Shown: positions 1-13,400, counted from the stretch's first letter. The stretch is DNA of 64,000 bases from Takakia lepidozioides (GCA_030704615.1 CM060734.1:53568001-53632000); one strand, 5' to 3'. The notes: a model not told the origin generated them from the sequence alone. A program made the numbers and translations.

Positions 1-1157
1 GGAAAGTATCCAGAAACAGGTAACAGCAAGCTGTGGATGAATGCTTTTCTGACCCCAGTCAGTGGTGGGACAACTGAGGGAAAAAGGTGAATGCCTATTA
101 GTTTACAAAGAGTAGCAGGCGCAATTCAGCATAAGCACTAAGGCAAACTCTCCTTCCCTGCAAGGGGTGTGTTGTGGTATCTTGTGGTATCTTGTGTTTT
201 GGTATCCGGTATCATTGGGTGCATACCTGGTCTAAGTTGCAAGCCTTCAACCCAAGTGCTTGCCCTGATGGAAGAGGCGGAATATACTCCACTCCTCCCC
301 CAATCTCAGCAATTTGGACTCATGAAGAATGGCTGGAAGCCCCTGGAGGAAGTCACAACATGCAGATCCAAAACCAGGATACCTTATTCAATGGTTTTCA
401 ATTGCTAAAAGCTCACCTGGACTCAGAGGTAGAAGAATAGAACCACCGCATAGAAATCCAAAGAACAAGGGATTACATCAGTGGAGTCAGAATTCCAGAG
501 AGCTCCTCAACATAAACAGATTCGCAAGTGGATTCATCACTGGAAACAACGAAGGGCATTAAGGAGGACTTGGCAACAACTGTGAGCACCCTGCACATTC
601 CCTGCCACCCACTATTGAAAACAATCACCTCAATCCGAACGACACTACTCTGCCCTCGTATTTTCACCTCACTCTCAACTTCCATCAAACCAGGTTCTCT
701 TCTCACCTTCCCCCCGTCTTTTTTTCCAGGTCCTGGCCAGAGAAGTAACTAGTGTTGGCTGTTGTGTGGCAAAAAAAGACAGATCTCAGGGAAGAAAAAT
801 AGACTCTCCCTCCCAGCCTTTGACCTACGTCACCTCACTCCATCGGGTGCCTTACCTTCTAAGCAGTATCCAATTTTTCAAAACCTATGCTCGGCACCGT
901 TTTTCCCCAAAGATGTCATCATTCAGTCAGTAACCATAGAAACTCTACCAGCAGACCAGTTTCAAGCACTGCCCCCAAGCATGGACCAGCAACAGCTCAG
1001 GGGAATCATGATTCAAATCTGTAAGAAAACCCCAAAACCACCCGTCAACTTTGCCTGGGTTAACTCTCTTCCCCCCGGGACAGAATTATCAAATTCTTCT
1101 TCCACGACAATCGGCCATCAAATGTGACTCCTTGTCCCAGCCTACCTTCTCTGCTCG

Positions 1158-2733
1158 ATGATACTTAACCTCCATTCCTGGAATATCAGGGGGCTAGGGG
1201 CAGACCCAGCATCCCTCAAGCGCCTGACGATCAAGACTTGGTTGGCTCACTTCCTCGGAAATGAATCAATCATTCTGCTTCAGGAGCATAAACTCGACCA
1301 ACTCAAAATAGATAGCCTCACTGACTACATGTGGCCTATGGCAAACGCTTTATGGAAACCTACCTCTGAAGGGACAAAGGGGGGAACATCAATTTTACTC
1401 TCCCCTTCCCTCCAACCCTTCCTATCCAATGAATCCATTTGGCTTCCGGGTAGACTGCAATTCTGCTCTACCTCCCTTCCCACAGGTACCATTGGGATAG
1501 TTATTAGTCTACGCTCCAAACTCTGCGACAGAGAGAACTCAATTCTGGGCTGTACTTAATTCCAGAATGTGGGATCAACCATCTATAGATAGTTGGATAA
1601 TCGCAGGCGATTTTAATATGGTTGAATCTATTGAAGACAGAAGAGGTGCAGGGGCATTCAACCCTAACCCTGATGAACTGGACCAATGGAATGCTTGCAC
1701 TATCTCTCACAGCCTTGCAGAGGCAGCTCCAATCTTTGGGCAGACATCGAACATCAAATTTACCTGGACCAATAACAGGTCCCATGGGAGGGCCACTCTT
1801 CTTACCAGGCAGAGGTGGCTGCCACTGATATAAAGTGGAAGGAGCAGTCTTGGCGAAGTTAAAGTATTTTGTCCAATTGTACTGTTCACCAACCTGCCTT
1901 CTAGTCTCAGCAGCTCTGTCACTCATGTGAGAGAGGTGGGCAGTGGCGCAACCAGCTGGTAATGAAGCAGAGTTAAGCTGCACCTTGTGGGGTGGGGATG
2001 TGCCACTAGCAAGCCACATGATGTTCTCAACTACATCAATTTTAGCCCCTGCAGCACACATCCAGTCCAAGCCCAAAAGCAATTGTTCGCCAATGGTAAC
2101 CATACAAGTCAACATAACAGACTTATACATTTCTCTAGATCTGGTTCAACAATCCAAAAGGCAGCCACAAGAACCTATCCCATTAGGGTTTGATCATGCA
2201 CCTGTTTCGATGTCCCTCTCTTTTCAGGACTCTCGTCGTCGAGGCCGAGGCCTCTATAAGATCAACAACCTCTTGCTGAAATTACCTTCATTCAAACAGG
2301 GGTTGCTGCAAGCATGGGCTCAAGCAGGGAATGACAATCAAAACCCAACGGACAGATTTATGACCAAATTGAGAGCAGTAAATGTTGAAAGCCAAAAAAT
2401 GAGCCAATCATTGGCTATCATTCGAAAGAGGAAGGTGGCTGCTTTGACAAAATGTCTTAAGGTTTGCCAATCTAGATTGGAATCCACCCGCTGTGATGGG
2501 TACCTATGTGGAAGCCAAATGCAACTTACACATACACTACAAAATCCAGGAGCGAAAATGGAAACTCCGTCAACGAAAGGCGAGAAGATGACAAAATACT
2601 TCTTCGCTAAGACAAGGCTAAGGAGAGCCAACCAATCCTTATCAGAGCTATGTGATCAAGCTTCAGGTGTCACAGCGACCACACCCAAAGCCATGGCAGA
2701 GATGTCTAGTAAACACTTCCAGCTTCTTTTTCG
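1158..2733 (+). pseudogene. Non-LTR (L1/Tx1-like) retrotransposon ORF2 5' part: APE endonuclease plus linker, frameshifted and truncated before RT
   Basis: APE motifs in order across ORFs 1158-1559, 1567-1833 and 1943-2755: SWNIRGL, ILLQEHK, WIIAGDFN, FTWTNN, DHAPV, followed by the L1-type linker YKINNLLL...GEKMTKYFF. Confidence 0.88.
1790..2120 (-). pseudogene. Short retroviral-type aspartic protease fragment inserted antisense in the LINE endonuclease
   Basis: ORF 1504-2130(-) contains LLLGLDWM..AGAKID, resembling the C-terminal flap of Ty3/Gypsy proteases. It lies between the LINE motifs FTWTNN and YIS..DHAPV, which are normally close together. Confidence 0.45.
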
Positions 2734-2807
2734 CTATATAAGCAGTTTCTCTTAAAGACACCCCCGTTCCAGTAACCGACCCTAATTCCAGGCTGACCGA
2801 TTAAGCC

Positions 2808-3290
2808 ATAGTCGGCACAGATTATTAGTACAGGCTAAATGCATGAACCGCTTTCCCCTTTCCGATGGCATAGTCGTTGCCGACTATGCCACATTTTTCA
2901 TGTACCCAGTCATGTGACCGAACCAAGATACCCGATATGGAATTACCAGTCAGTGAAAATGTTCCAATGCCATATAGTCATTGCAGACTGTGTGAATCCA
3001 ACAATGTTGCAAATTATGCTGACGTGAGCGAATGATGCTGTGAGGAACCACCAAAAGCTACATTTACGGATGACGGGTGCAATAGTCGTTGCAGACTATA
3101 TCGTTTAAGTTCACTTGTGCTTAATTCGACAATGTACCAAACCGTCGAGTGGAAGCCGTTGTACGGAAACCATGATGTGCTCAGGTGAGCGGAGGAAGAT
3201 GCAAGTAACCCACTTGGTTAAAATGTAGCCTAGCGAAAACTACACGTTCGATAGATGTAGTGCAATAGTCGATGCCGACTCTGACACCAG
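2808..3290. repeat. Dispersed palindromes ATAGTCG-N4-CGACTAT
   Basis: Examples: atagtcgttgccgactat (~2869), atagtcattgcagact (~2974), atagtcgttgcagactat (~3082). Confidence 0.7.
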
Positions 3291-3433
3291 GTTTGCTCAC
3301 GTGAGTGGCATCACATAAGTGCATATCACAATACATTGTGTAGAGAAACCGAAGACTTACATTGCAAACATATGCTCCCAATTGGTAGTATCGGTATGTC
3401 CACCATAACAGCTAGCTTTCCAGCGCAGGAACA

Positions 3434-5727
3434 TCATCTCTCGCACGGCACTGGAGGAGGACCACCAGGCACGGATCGCCACAAATGACACCTTTGCTTC
3501 CGCCTCAGAACTTGCTGCTCTCCATTTTGTACACAAGTGAATGTGTGTTTTCTGAAGGTCCTGCGATATGTATTTTTTCGTCTATTTGTCCAAGCTCTAG
3601 CCCCAATGGAAGCCACATGTCCTTTCTCGATCGGGCATAGGTTCCCCCCCTCCATACACCAAACGCACAGCAGCCCAGTTCGCATTTGCATTGTCGGCCA
3701 TGAATCCTCGAAAATGTGGTTGGCCCTTCCCTGCTCTTCGCATCTGATCGATGATGCATTCCCACATGATTACTTGTGATGTTGTATCCTCTGATTTCAT
3801 TTCACAAATTGCGATTGTCATAAGCTTCCGGTAATTCGGATGGTACACGTGACACGCCATTGTGCTCTAGCCGTGTATTCGTTTGACGTTGTCGAACATA
3901 ATCCAACTCGACCCCAGCTCACCACTGGGCCGCATCTTGTCCACCAAATGCACTCCACAGCCTTTACCAACAGATGACATCTTGAAGATAAAACATCTCT
4001 CATCCACACTCCCTTGACCGGGGAAACGGCTCCCTTGGATATAGTCGTACCCGCTCCAACTTTTCATTGTCATTGACGCTTCTACATCGCTCCCAATCCC
4101 CATTGCCGCTTTTGTCTTCTGTGTCTCGTAACGAACACCTTATCTGCTCACTGCACCCACTTCCTCCATGAGCTCCTCGAATTGTTCATCAGATAGCTTC
4201 CAACTCTCCGTTGCACCAGGAGATAACACCTTCTCCATGTCGATTGATTCAGCAACAAAAAGCTGGAGTGTTTTGGGCCTGGCTGAGGGTGACCTTTGGA
4301 TCTCTTCTGCAATTGCACTTTTTGCCTTTGCTGCTGCTTCCCGACATAGCCCAAGTGCAGAGGGGTGTGAGGGGTTCCCAACATGGACGGCTGCTCTGGT
4401 CATTGTTGGTGGACCAAGGACGTAAAACATTTTGGCTGGGCAAATGTGCATGCACGTGGGTGCATGATTGCACACTACGCATACAAATGTGTTTGGTGGA
4501 ACTTGGCTCTATGGCTTGAATTGACGTCGGAGTGTCCCAACCAGTGCATCTCATTGTGCTTTCCCTCCCTTATGAAGAATGGGCACGTTCCCCGGACGCA
4601 CCTCAAAGCTCCAGTTTGAACAGTAAACATATCTGTCATGTGAAAGTTGGTCAGTACTTGACTACGATCTATGCACTTCGTGGACAAACAATGTACCCTA
4701 TGTAAGTCTGGACCGACTTAAACAAGTCATAGGGCGATGACCATAACTGCAAATGGAAACCTCACCTCACAGCGCCGCCTTTTGAACCTATGAGCGGGAG
4801 CTTTATGTTGGTTGTTTTTGTGACCGTCCATGGATTCCCGTCGTACTTGCGGTCCATGCCGTCAAACTGGCCAGTTGGGGATGTGTTCGATGTCGGGGGC
4901 AACTCATACACAACATCACCGTCCACGATCCGCGGCAAGCATTTCACCTTCTTCGCTTCTGCAATTTCAAAATTTATCCTTCCAAGCTGCAATTTGGAGT
5001 CTAGGTGTAGAAGCTTTAGCACATCCAGTATAGATTGCACGGGCTATGCGAATTTAGCCTTGTTGCCCATAAACTCCTCTCGACGCAATTTCTATGGAGG
5101 TGAAGCAGATTTTCCCGGAGTGCTCTCCCGCCTTCCACTACTGGATCTTCTAACCACACATTCCTCACTGTCGCCACTTGAAAGCTCAATGCTCTCAACT
5201 TTGACCACATTAGCACCCCGGACGGAAGCCAGAGTAGGATACTCATGAGTGGTCGACAACCTGTATGTTGTTGCACGGACACCAAATACTTTGTATACGA
5301 CCTCACCTGTAAATGGCAGAACCCATGACTTGTTCCCGGGGTCTCGAACTGGATCCAAGATACGGGTTTTGGTGACGCCCCCTTCACTCATGTCCTCCTC
5401 CTCAACAACAAAGGAGAGAGGGTCCAGATCATTAAACCTTCCAAGTATTACTTTGTCAAGTAGAAACATCTGATCTCCCTGTGCCTTCACCTTAACAAGA
5501 TCAGAGGAAGGTGGACATTGCAGCCTTACGATCCATTCTATGTTTGGCTGCTTCGAACCTGTGCCGCAGTCCGGGACTCGAATGTACAAAATAGAGTACT
5601 CTGCCAAATGCGCCCAACGTGTGAGCATTAAGGCAGATGAGGAGCAGATGAGCTGGTGCAAGCATGCAATGCATCTTTTGGACTTCCTAATGAACTGTAC
5701 GTCAACAACGGTAAGAAATAAAAGCAA
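3434..5727 (-). pseudogene. MULE-like transposase with GCM-like N-terminal Zn domain, frameshifted and 3'-truncated
   Basis: Fragments MDRKYDGNPW, CVRGTC, RAAVHVGNPSHP, DYIQGSRFPGQG, WIMFDNVKR, FRGFMADNA and ERTCGFHW are colinear with the 18174-20006 ORF. Confidence 0.85.
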
Positions 5728-5869
5728 AAGGAATATTTAATGGATGAGAGGTCGGATGAAAACCATCAGCGCACCAACTGGCAGCAGCACGTTCAGCTGG
5801 CAATGGCTATTTCGAAGCAAGCATTGACCTCCTCTTCATCTGAATTAGTGCTACGCGAAAGTGGAATGG

Positions 5870-6560
5870 CTTATTGTCGTTGCCGACCACGACTATTTCA
5901 ATGGCATGTACATTGTGAAATAGGAGTGGGGACAGTTTTTCTTCCGTAGTCAGCACCGACTTCATCCAGTTTAAATAAATTCCGACGACAGATCTGCCAG
6001 ATTTCCATTGAATTTGAAGACACATCGGGATAGTCGTTGGCGACTATTACAGTAAATGTTGAAATTGGCCAACACATCGGCCAATGTCGCTGCGGATGTT
6101 CATTTCACGTAGTTCATTTTCGCTAATTGGCTTGCAAACGGGAAAGTCGTTGGCAACTATTGGTTATATCGTCAACCTCTTTCCAAATTTGCACTGTAGT
6201 CGCTGCCGACTTCCTTATGTACGCACATTTTTTCCTTAACACTTTCTTTTTTGCATTTAATGTGCTTGTAGTCGGCACCGACCTTCAATTTTCCGGAAAT
6301 GTGCACATTCCATATGACATATTCCTCGATACTGGGCTGTAAATTGAAGTATTTTCCGCATTGTGAGGGTGTAGTCGGCCCCGACTACGAAAATTGGCGT
6401 ATGTTGTGGCGGATTGCGCCGAATGAAGGTAGTCAATGAAATCGAAGTCAGCACCGACCTTATGGAATTCTTGAAATTCGTAGGTATGCACAGAGTTCAA
6501 GACAGTGAACAGTTGTTCATCTTCAATGCGATTACATTGTATGGTCGACGCCGACCAATT
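5870..6560. repeat. Dispersed palindromes (A/G)TAGTCG-N4-CGACTA(T/C) upstream of transposase A
   Basis: Examples: atagtcgttggcgactat (~6030), gtagtcgctgccgact (~6196), gtagtcggcaccgac (~6268), gtagtcggccccgactac (~6371). Confidence 0.7.
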
Positions 6561-6788
6561 CTTCCGGAAGGCATTTGCCGGGCTGTGTGGTTGCCAATCG
6601 ATCATTCACTTCCAAAATACGCGCAATCTGACGCATATTTTCTGCTCCTCCTGAAACTTCCACGACCCTGCAAAGGACATTAAGAGTCACGGATATTGTG
6701 TTCGGATATTGTGGCCGGATATTCTAGTTTGCCCAATACGCCTTGCATATGGATGGATGCGGTCTCGAGGAGTTGATGAGGGGGGCTG

Positions 6789-6835
6789 CTATTTCATGAG
6801 CCATGAGCCATGAGCGGCATGAGCCATGAGCAGAG
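6789..6835 (+). repeat. Putative terminal inverted repeat of element 1 (CTATTTC followed by tandem CATGAGC)
   Basis: ctatttcatgagccatgagccatgagcggcatgagcc, compared with ctatttcatgagcagaaaccatgagccatgagccatgagccgcatgagcc at 50334. Confidence 0.7.
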
Positions 6836-7243
6836 TCGTAAGTGTCGAAAAAAACATGAGTAGGACTATTTTCCGGAAATGAGTGTCCGCGGGAATAGGG
6901 TTTAGGGTGTCACGGTCATAGGGGGAGAAGGACCTCCCGATGAAGGAGGTTCGGCAATGTTTTTTAGAATTACATATTGAAAGACAATGTTTCGCGAATG
7001 GTAGGGTGGTACTGCTCTGTACAATGGGGGCCCATTTCAGCCTACCAGCCACTTGCAAAATCCACCCACACTCCCAATCCCAAACGAAATGAGGAATGAT
7101 GCATTCTTGGAACGATGGATACAGAATAGAACAAAAAGAGGGCACAATGGGGTTTTTATTGATCCACATGAATTGCATTTGAAGCACGTCTACTGTGCTG
7201 ATTGTGCAAACAAATCTTTAGCCCTGTGCCTTCTGAATACAAG

Positions 7244-7807
7244 TCACGTTGTCAATGGGACTTCGACTGCTCTGAGAACTAGCTCATGAGTCATCGAGCT
7301 CCTCCAGGTAAACTGAATTGCAGCCGTTGTACCGCCCCTGTTGATGTTCACCACAATGTCGTGCCCTTCAATCATACCACCATCGAATATGGAAAGCTTC
7401 ACGTTTTCGTCGTCCACACCAATGCGAATGTCCCCATACAATGGAGAAGATGAGCGCACTCCTTCAGGAGTATAAGTCTCTCCAATGGAGTCCACCCACG
7501 TCCACTGGCAGCAGTTCCACCGCAACAGCATAGCAGTGCGCATTCTTCTGCATGGGTGCCCGTCGTAGCTGGGAAAATCAGAATCAAGGATGCGCAGGAG
7601 CCACGGACTCCTCAGACCAAGATCGTCACCCCGCTCGAAGGCGTACTGGCCTGGGATATACTCAAAAGCGGACAATGTTTCCACATTCGAACCAGTATCT
7701 TCTGTGTAATCTGTGTACCAGATAACGATGTCTCCCGATGTGGCCGAATACATTGCATAATCGAAGCCTCCATAAGGGCAGTCGTCCCGGTTCCGGAAGC
7801 ACGGCAT
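7244..7807 (-). CDS. Uncharacterised 187-aa protein (transposon cargo, paralog 1)
   Basis: Intact ATG-to-stop ORF that aligns end to end with 8364-8941(+) (CPY.G.DYAM, SGDI, RWNCCQWT, YGDIR, DGG.I.GHDIVV, ELVLRA.EVP). Conservation at the protein level shows it is coding. Confidence 0.75.
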   Translation of the reverse strand: MPCFRNRDDCPYGGFDYAMYSATSGDIVIWYTDYTEDTGSNVETLSAFEYIPGQYAFERGDDLGLRSPWLLRILDSDFPSYDGHPCRRMRTAMLLRWNCCQWTWVDSIGETYTPEGVRSSSPLYGDIRIGVDDENVKLSIFDGGMIEGHDIVVNINRGGTTAAIQFTWRSSMTHELVLRAVEVPLTT

Positions 7808-8363
7808 CCTTGCAAAGGAGGACCTGAGGACGTCTTTGATGCCGATGACAATGACCTTGCGAACAGCAACGAAGCCCTTAGATTTTCAAAATGATGAGAA
7901 GCGGAAGAGCAGTGCGGGCTCTAATAATGGAGCATCTGGGTCACACGTACCCACCAATCATCGTGTAACGTGTTCATCACGCCAGCGGTGGATGAACCGA
8001 TACCTCTTTCTCATCCACGGGGTATAGTTTGAAATCTGCCACCGAAGTCCATCCCCCGGATGGAAATTCGGCGCCGAATTTACATCGAAGGGGGGATGGA
8101 CTTCGTCGTCTCGAGTGGCTATAGGCCCACCTGGCACTTACTGCCCATAGTTTGCATGGCAGGGAAGGAAACTAAAACGGCTACATTCATGGAGCAGCCA
8201 ATCTTCATCCGTGCAGGTTCCTGTCGGGGGGAAATTTAAATGTGCCCTGGAGTGTTTGTGAGGAATTGCAGCGTTTGCTTGAATTTCTTCCAGCCACCGC
8301 GCTGCTGCCTCCTCCATCCGGGAGCTGCTGTCATTGAGCGTACTCCGCTACTCTTTTTCAAGG

Positions 8364-8941
8364 ATGTCGTGCCGCCGAAATCCTGCTGACTGCCCTTATC
8401 ATGGCCACGATTATGCTATGTTCAAACCAGAATCAGGAGACATCATTGTCTGGCTCTCTGTTTTCACAGACGCTTCTGGAATCAAGCGGGAGTCTTTGCG
8501 CGCAATGGAGTATCTGGAGGGCTATTACCGCTTTGAGCGAGGTGAGGGCGAGGGTCAATGCGGTCCGTGGGTCCTGAAAATTGTTGACCTCGATATACCA
8601 AGGTGGAATGGGATGCCGGACAGATCACGCACGGCCTCACTTTGGCGCTGGAACTGCTGCCAGTGGACCAGGGAGGACGGCACCGGGAAAACTATATTCG
8701 TGGAGTTCACTCCGCTTTTCCAGTGTATGGAGACATTCGGCTGAGTTGCGAAGACGAATCGCACGGGCACAGGAGGCCCACAGTGACCTTATCAATGTAT
8801 GATGGTGGTATAATTGATGGGCATGACATTGTCGTCAGCTCCACCAAGGGCACCAGATCGACCGCATTGCAGTTTACCTCGAGGTGCCGCATCAGTAATG
8901 AGCTTGTTTTGAGGGCTATCGAAGTTCCGTCGACTTGGTGA
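8364..8941 (+). pseudogene. Uncharacterised ~190-aa protein (cargo, paralog 2) with one frameshift near 8690
   Basis: ORF 8334-8744 matches the N-terminal half and ORF 8603-8941 the C-terminal half of the 7244-7807 protein. Confidence 0.72.
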
Positions 8942-9217
8942 CGCCCATGTAGAAGGAGGAAGGACTTAGATTTGTCTGGAGTTGCTAAATGTGATACGCC
9001 GTGTTCGATCAATAAAACAACCCATTGTACCTCACTACTCTGTGCTTGTGTTTCATCGTGTTCAAGAACTGCCGTAATTGGCCCACTGTTTACAATTTGA
9101 GGTCTCATTTCTACAATGTGTCTGTCCATATGAATATATCAGAGTCAACGATATCAGAGTCCTGAGGTGAAGAAAATCCATCTATGAGTAAAAGGAAACA
9201 TGTACACGCCGAAGCTC

Positions 9218-10265
9218 GGAAATTCGGCACCGCATTTCATTTTTCTCCATGCAGCGATTTCTGGCAGCTCCCTTTCCTCCGTTGTCGTCGTAACGGAAAT
9301 GTTGTACAACATTTCATTTCCTGACATGGCATTACCAAACTTCGAATTTGAAATGCGGCGCCGCATTTCCATATTGGACCTTGAATTGTCCGAGCATATC
9401 CAGTTGCTAATGCTTGTCCATGTCCATACTTGAAATGCGCCACCGCATTTCCATGTCCGTCATCGAAATTTCGTACCGGACAATGAACTGCGGCACAGCA
9501 TTTCCGGAGAGCACAATGGAATGCGGTGCCGCATTTCCGTCGAAGGGTCTGGAATTGGACAAACAACGATGTCCGTTCTGGAAATGCGGCACCGCATTTC
9601 CATGTTCGTCATCAAAATATCGTATTGGACAATGGAATGCGGTGCCGCATTTCCGTCCATCAAGACGGAATGCCCACACGGGTCTGGAATTGGACAAACA
9701 ACGATGTCTGTTTTGGAAATGCGGCGCCGCATTTTCATGTTGGGCAATCGAAAGTTTTTATAGGACAATGTAAGTTTTTATAGGACGATGGAATGCGGTG
9801 CCGCATTTCCGTCAAAGGGTCTGGAATTGGACAAACAACGATGTCCGTTTTGGAAATGCGGCGCCGCATTTCCATATACGTCATCGAAATTTCTTATTGG
9901 ACAATGGAATGCGGTGCCGCATTCCCGTCTAGCATCATGGAATGGGGAGCCGCATTTCCGTCGATGGGTCTGCAGTTGGAAAAATGTCCATCTCCAAAAG
10001 GTAAATGCGACACCGCATTTCCATGTTCGACCTCCGCATTTCCATTTACCTCCATGGAAAGAGCTGGCAATCGGCAAAACTGCCGTGTCGGAAACGGAAA
10101 TGCGGCACCGCATTTCCATTTGTCGGAACAGTTTCTGATGTCCAAACCATGAAACGGAAAATTGTTCTTGCCCCGGTTTTGGAAATGCGGTGCCGCATTT
10201 CCAAAGGAGGTTTTTGCAGTTGCCACATTTCTGTTCAGACATTGAAATGTGGTGCCGCATTTCAG
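9218..10265. repeat. Irregular array of ~17 palindromes GGAAATGCG-N4-CGCATTTCC
   Basis: Repeated ggaaatgcggcgccgcatttcc / ggaaatgcggtgccgcatttcc, plus a ~135-bp internal duplication (about 9510-9650 vs 9780-9920). Confidence 0.92.
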
Positions 10266-10400
10266 ATTTTGGGAGGGACCAGGTTTGGACGATGTTGTCG
10301 TTGAGAAGCAAATGGGAGAGGGGACATGAAGGACGGGGAGAATTTCCTTTATATACTTTGGAATAGAATTTAAATGTACAGAGAGTTCATTAAAATTCTA

Positions 10401-13400
10401 TTAATCTTGAAAATCATCACTATCGTCGTCCTGTCCTTGACTGTCCTGCTCCGCCTCCACCCCGTCATTGCCTTTCTCATCTCCAGCGGACTGCTCGTTG
10501 GCCAGGCTTTCGAAAATCCCATCTTCACCTTGCGGAACCGACCATCTCACCTCCATTGGCTCGTCGTCCTCCCTGTCTGCATCGCTCTCATCCGCTGAAT
10601 CACATATGAACTTTCGCATCCGTCTACCTGTCTCAGCTGTTGCCAACTCTTTCCTTATCTTTCTGTCCTCCCTAGCCATCTCCAAAATTTGCTCTACTTT
10701 ACTAGGATTCTCACATCGTCTAATCGCTGTATTTGCGAGTTTAGCTGCATAACTAGGAAGGGAGTAGTCCTTCACCGGGCTCGTCATGAAGTCGGCCCTC
10801 ACAAAGAACGGGACATTCTTCCTGGCAGGAAGTGTAGGCCCTACATGTTTCGACCCGGATCCTGGAATCCTGCACATAACAATCACCAACGAGACCAATG
10901 AGAACCACAGTCCGGAAATGCGTTTGACAAAAAATCACCCAGAAGGCTTTGCAAACTTACAATGTTTGCACTCACTCGTATTGCGGGTTCTCCTCGGCAT
11001 CAATGTCCACTGTCTCTTCCTCCGACTCCGACGAATCCGAGGAGTCCTTGGCTTCGATGGGAGCCTTCACATTCCGTTGCAGCCCTTCCAGATGGGATCC
11101 CCAGACGGATGTGTCCTCCTCGTAGGCAAAGAGGTGCCGGTCGGAAAACCGCCCAGCCCACATTGAGGCACCTGTTACAATGCCATCCACACATTATGAC
11201 ATGGCCCTTCACATGTTGCGAATGAAAGCATAACGAGAATTTGCAGAATAGCATACAACAAGATTCTGCATACATGTCCCACAGATGAGGTCGAGCACTG
11301 TGCCCTCCACGTCAGTGCATGTCTCCATAATTGTCTGAATGAAGGCAGGGCTTCGAGTCCGTGAATACCGCAGGGGTTCAGTTGAAGTGAGGCTATGAGG
11401 GAGAAGTTCCGTGGGAACGTTGTTGAACAGGACGTCGTAATCGATGGGGTCGCAGTTCGGGTCAACCAACAATCCCTCCTTCCGGAAAGCAAAGGTGGAG
11501 TTCTCCTTCACAAAGCAGTATGCATCGAACTGCTTCGTCTGCATACACAGTGGGGAACGATTAGAAATCGAATGCGGCACCGCATTTCAAACCCCCTAAG
11601 AAAATGAAAGGACGAGGGCCAATGTCGTAATTACCTTCTTCCCTTCCGACCGAAGGCCCAATGTGTTGATGCACGTCCACTTCTTCTTCAGAATTGGGAC
11701 GACGCTCTTGCGGGTCCACTTCGCAATTCATGTCTGCGTGTTTTTGCCTCTGCTCGCCAGGACAACCACACAGCCTCTGTCGTCCAACACCATGCAGGCG
11801 AGCCCGAATCCTTTCTTCCAAAAGTCCTCGGAGTACCTGTTCCAAGATGGCAAAGCTTGCAGTCCTTCCACAGGCTCTCCGTCCGGAATATCCAAGATGA
11901 TCATATCGCAAGACCACTCGGTGGCATTTCCGCCCCTCCTGCAATCCTTGTCTGCACACACCCTCTCAAAGAACGAGACCATCTTCAGAAACCCAGGGGT
12001 GTCGGAAGGCTCTTCGGCAGCCGCCTTCTTCAGTGCTCTGCCCTTCAGACCCTCCATGGTCTTCATGTATGCCAACTTGGCTGCCCGTCCATCCAAAGCC
12101 GCCAAGAAACTCTCATTCGCACACTGGACTACTGTATCGGGATCCACTTTCGGCCTTTCATTTCCACCGGCTCGAAAGGGTGCCCCCCCGGGGGGTTGAA
12201 GAGTGCCTTCTTTGCCGAGCCAGTTCTCGTCCCTCTCGTGACAACGGTGGGAACATGGGATTTCGGCTGCGTCTCGGGGGGTGGGCTGGTTGCAAAGTCT
12301 CCATCAGAGTCCTCTTCCTCACCCTCTACCTACACTATCTGTTTCTGCTTCTTTGTTTTCTTGGGTGTCACAACTGCTGCTCCTTGCTGGCGAGTCCGCT
12401 TCTTGGACCCCTTCTGTTGAGCCTGCACAGCTGCATCCGCCGTCTTCTGTCCCATCTCAGCTGCCTTTCTGGATTGTTCCAGAGCAGCAGCTTCCTTTGC
12501 CGACTCTGGCCGAGCAGGGACACGTCTTTCCTTTCTCTTCTCTTCTGCTTTCGCGTGCAGATCTTTCTCAGACTCGTCAACAATTCCGCCAGACATGTCC
12601 AAGTACCACGGGCATCCAACCAGATGCGCGGCATGCCATTGTTTCTGCATCTCGGGTGTGTAGACACAGCTTGGGTCCGCCACGGTCCAAGCCATGAAGA
12701 ATGGGGGCTCTTGAGCTAGGACCCCTGTCTGAAGAAGCACATATTTCATATACCTGCAGGGCAGTCAGCATGCGTGAGCAAATGTTGAGACCAACGTACC
12801 CGCAGAGTGCAACCGAAAACTTAAAATGCGAATGCGGTGCCGCATTTCCCAGAGAAACCTCATAACCAGGCTTTGCATACAAGGACAGCTGGGCTTCACT
12901 TGTAAACAATTCGCATTGCAGTTTTTCCCGCTCCCTGGCAAAAAGGTTGTCCTTGTACGCACATCTGAAATGTGTCACGTAGTCTTCCAATGTCTGTGTT
13001 CCATCCCATTTGACGTACAAGCCGAACGAATTTGTATGCATTACGACTTGCTCCTTCGCATTCGTCATTACCTGCGATTCCCACATGCATTGTCACGTAG
13101 CAGTTCAGGGAATTCATTTCAGAAAAGCAAATCTGGGGAAGTACCTTGAATTACCTGGAACCACCAAGTCATGCGGTTGAGCCACACATCCACTGCAGGG
13201 TCGGAAATTTCAAGAGGAAAAGACCACATTGTCCTTATACTCTCCGATGCATTCCAGATCGACAGCCACCGTGTCTGCCATTTCCGATCCAATGTGAGGA
13301 GCAGGAAGAAGAGTGGCTATTGCTAGGAAGGAACTTCAGTGCATTGAAACATCACCTTCTCTTTTGCTTCAACACATGTCGTTGAGAGGTGATGCAGTTT

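Larger units (their letters stand above)
2734..6788 (-). mobile_element. Element A: partial GCM-MULE DNA transposon (ATAGTCG-N4-CGACTAT subfamily)
   Basis: Begins where LINE homology stops and ends at the element-1 terminus. Contains a transposase pseudogene flanked on both sides by ATAGTCG-N4-CGACTAT-like palindromes. Confidence 0.65.

Noticed and set aside
1-1157. LINE ORF1 or host exon
   Set aside because: Only short ORFs, with no recognisable RRM, zinc knuckle or other motif.
6770-6788. Target-site duplication for element 1
   Set aside because: The flanks at 6788 and 50333 do not match, so no TSD can be claimed; one flank may have been deleted or rearranged.
8683-8695. Programmed -1 frameshift at GGGAAAA in cargo paralog 2
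   Set aside because: The heptamer is not in X XXY YYZ phase with the upstream frame and the paralog is continuous, so a simple indel is more likely.
9154-10311. Many overlapping ORFs with KCGAAFP/EMRRRIS/GNAAPHF repeats (also 15882-17642)
   Set aside because: Translation artefacts of the stop-free palindrome, seen in all six frames.
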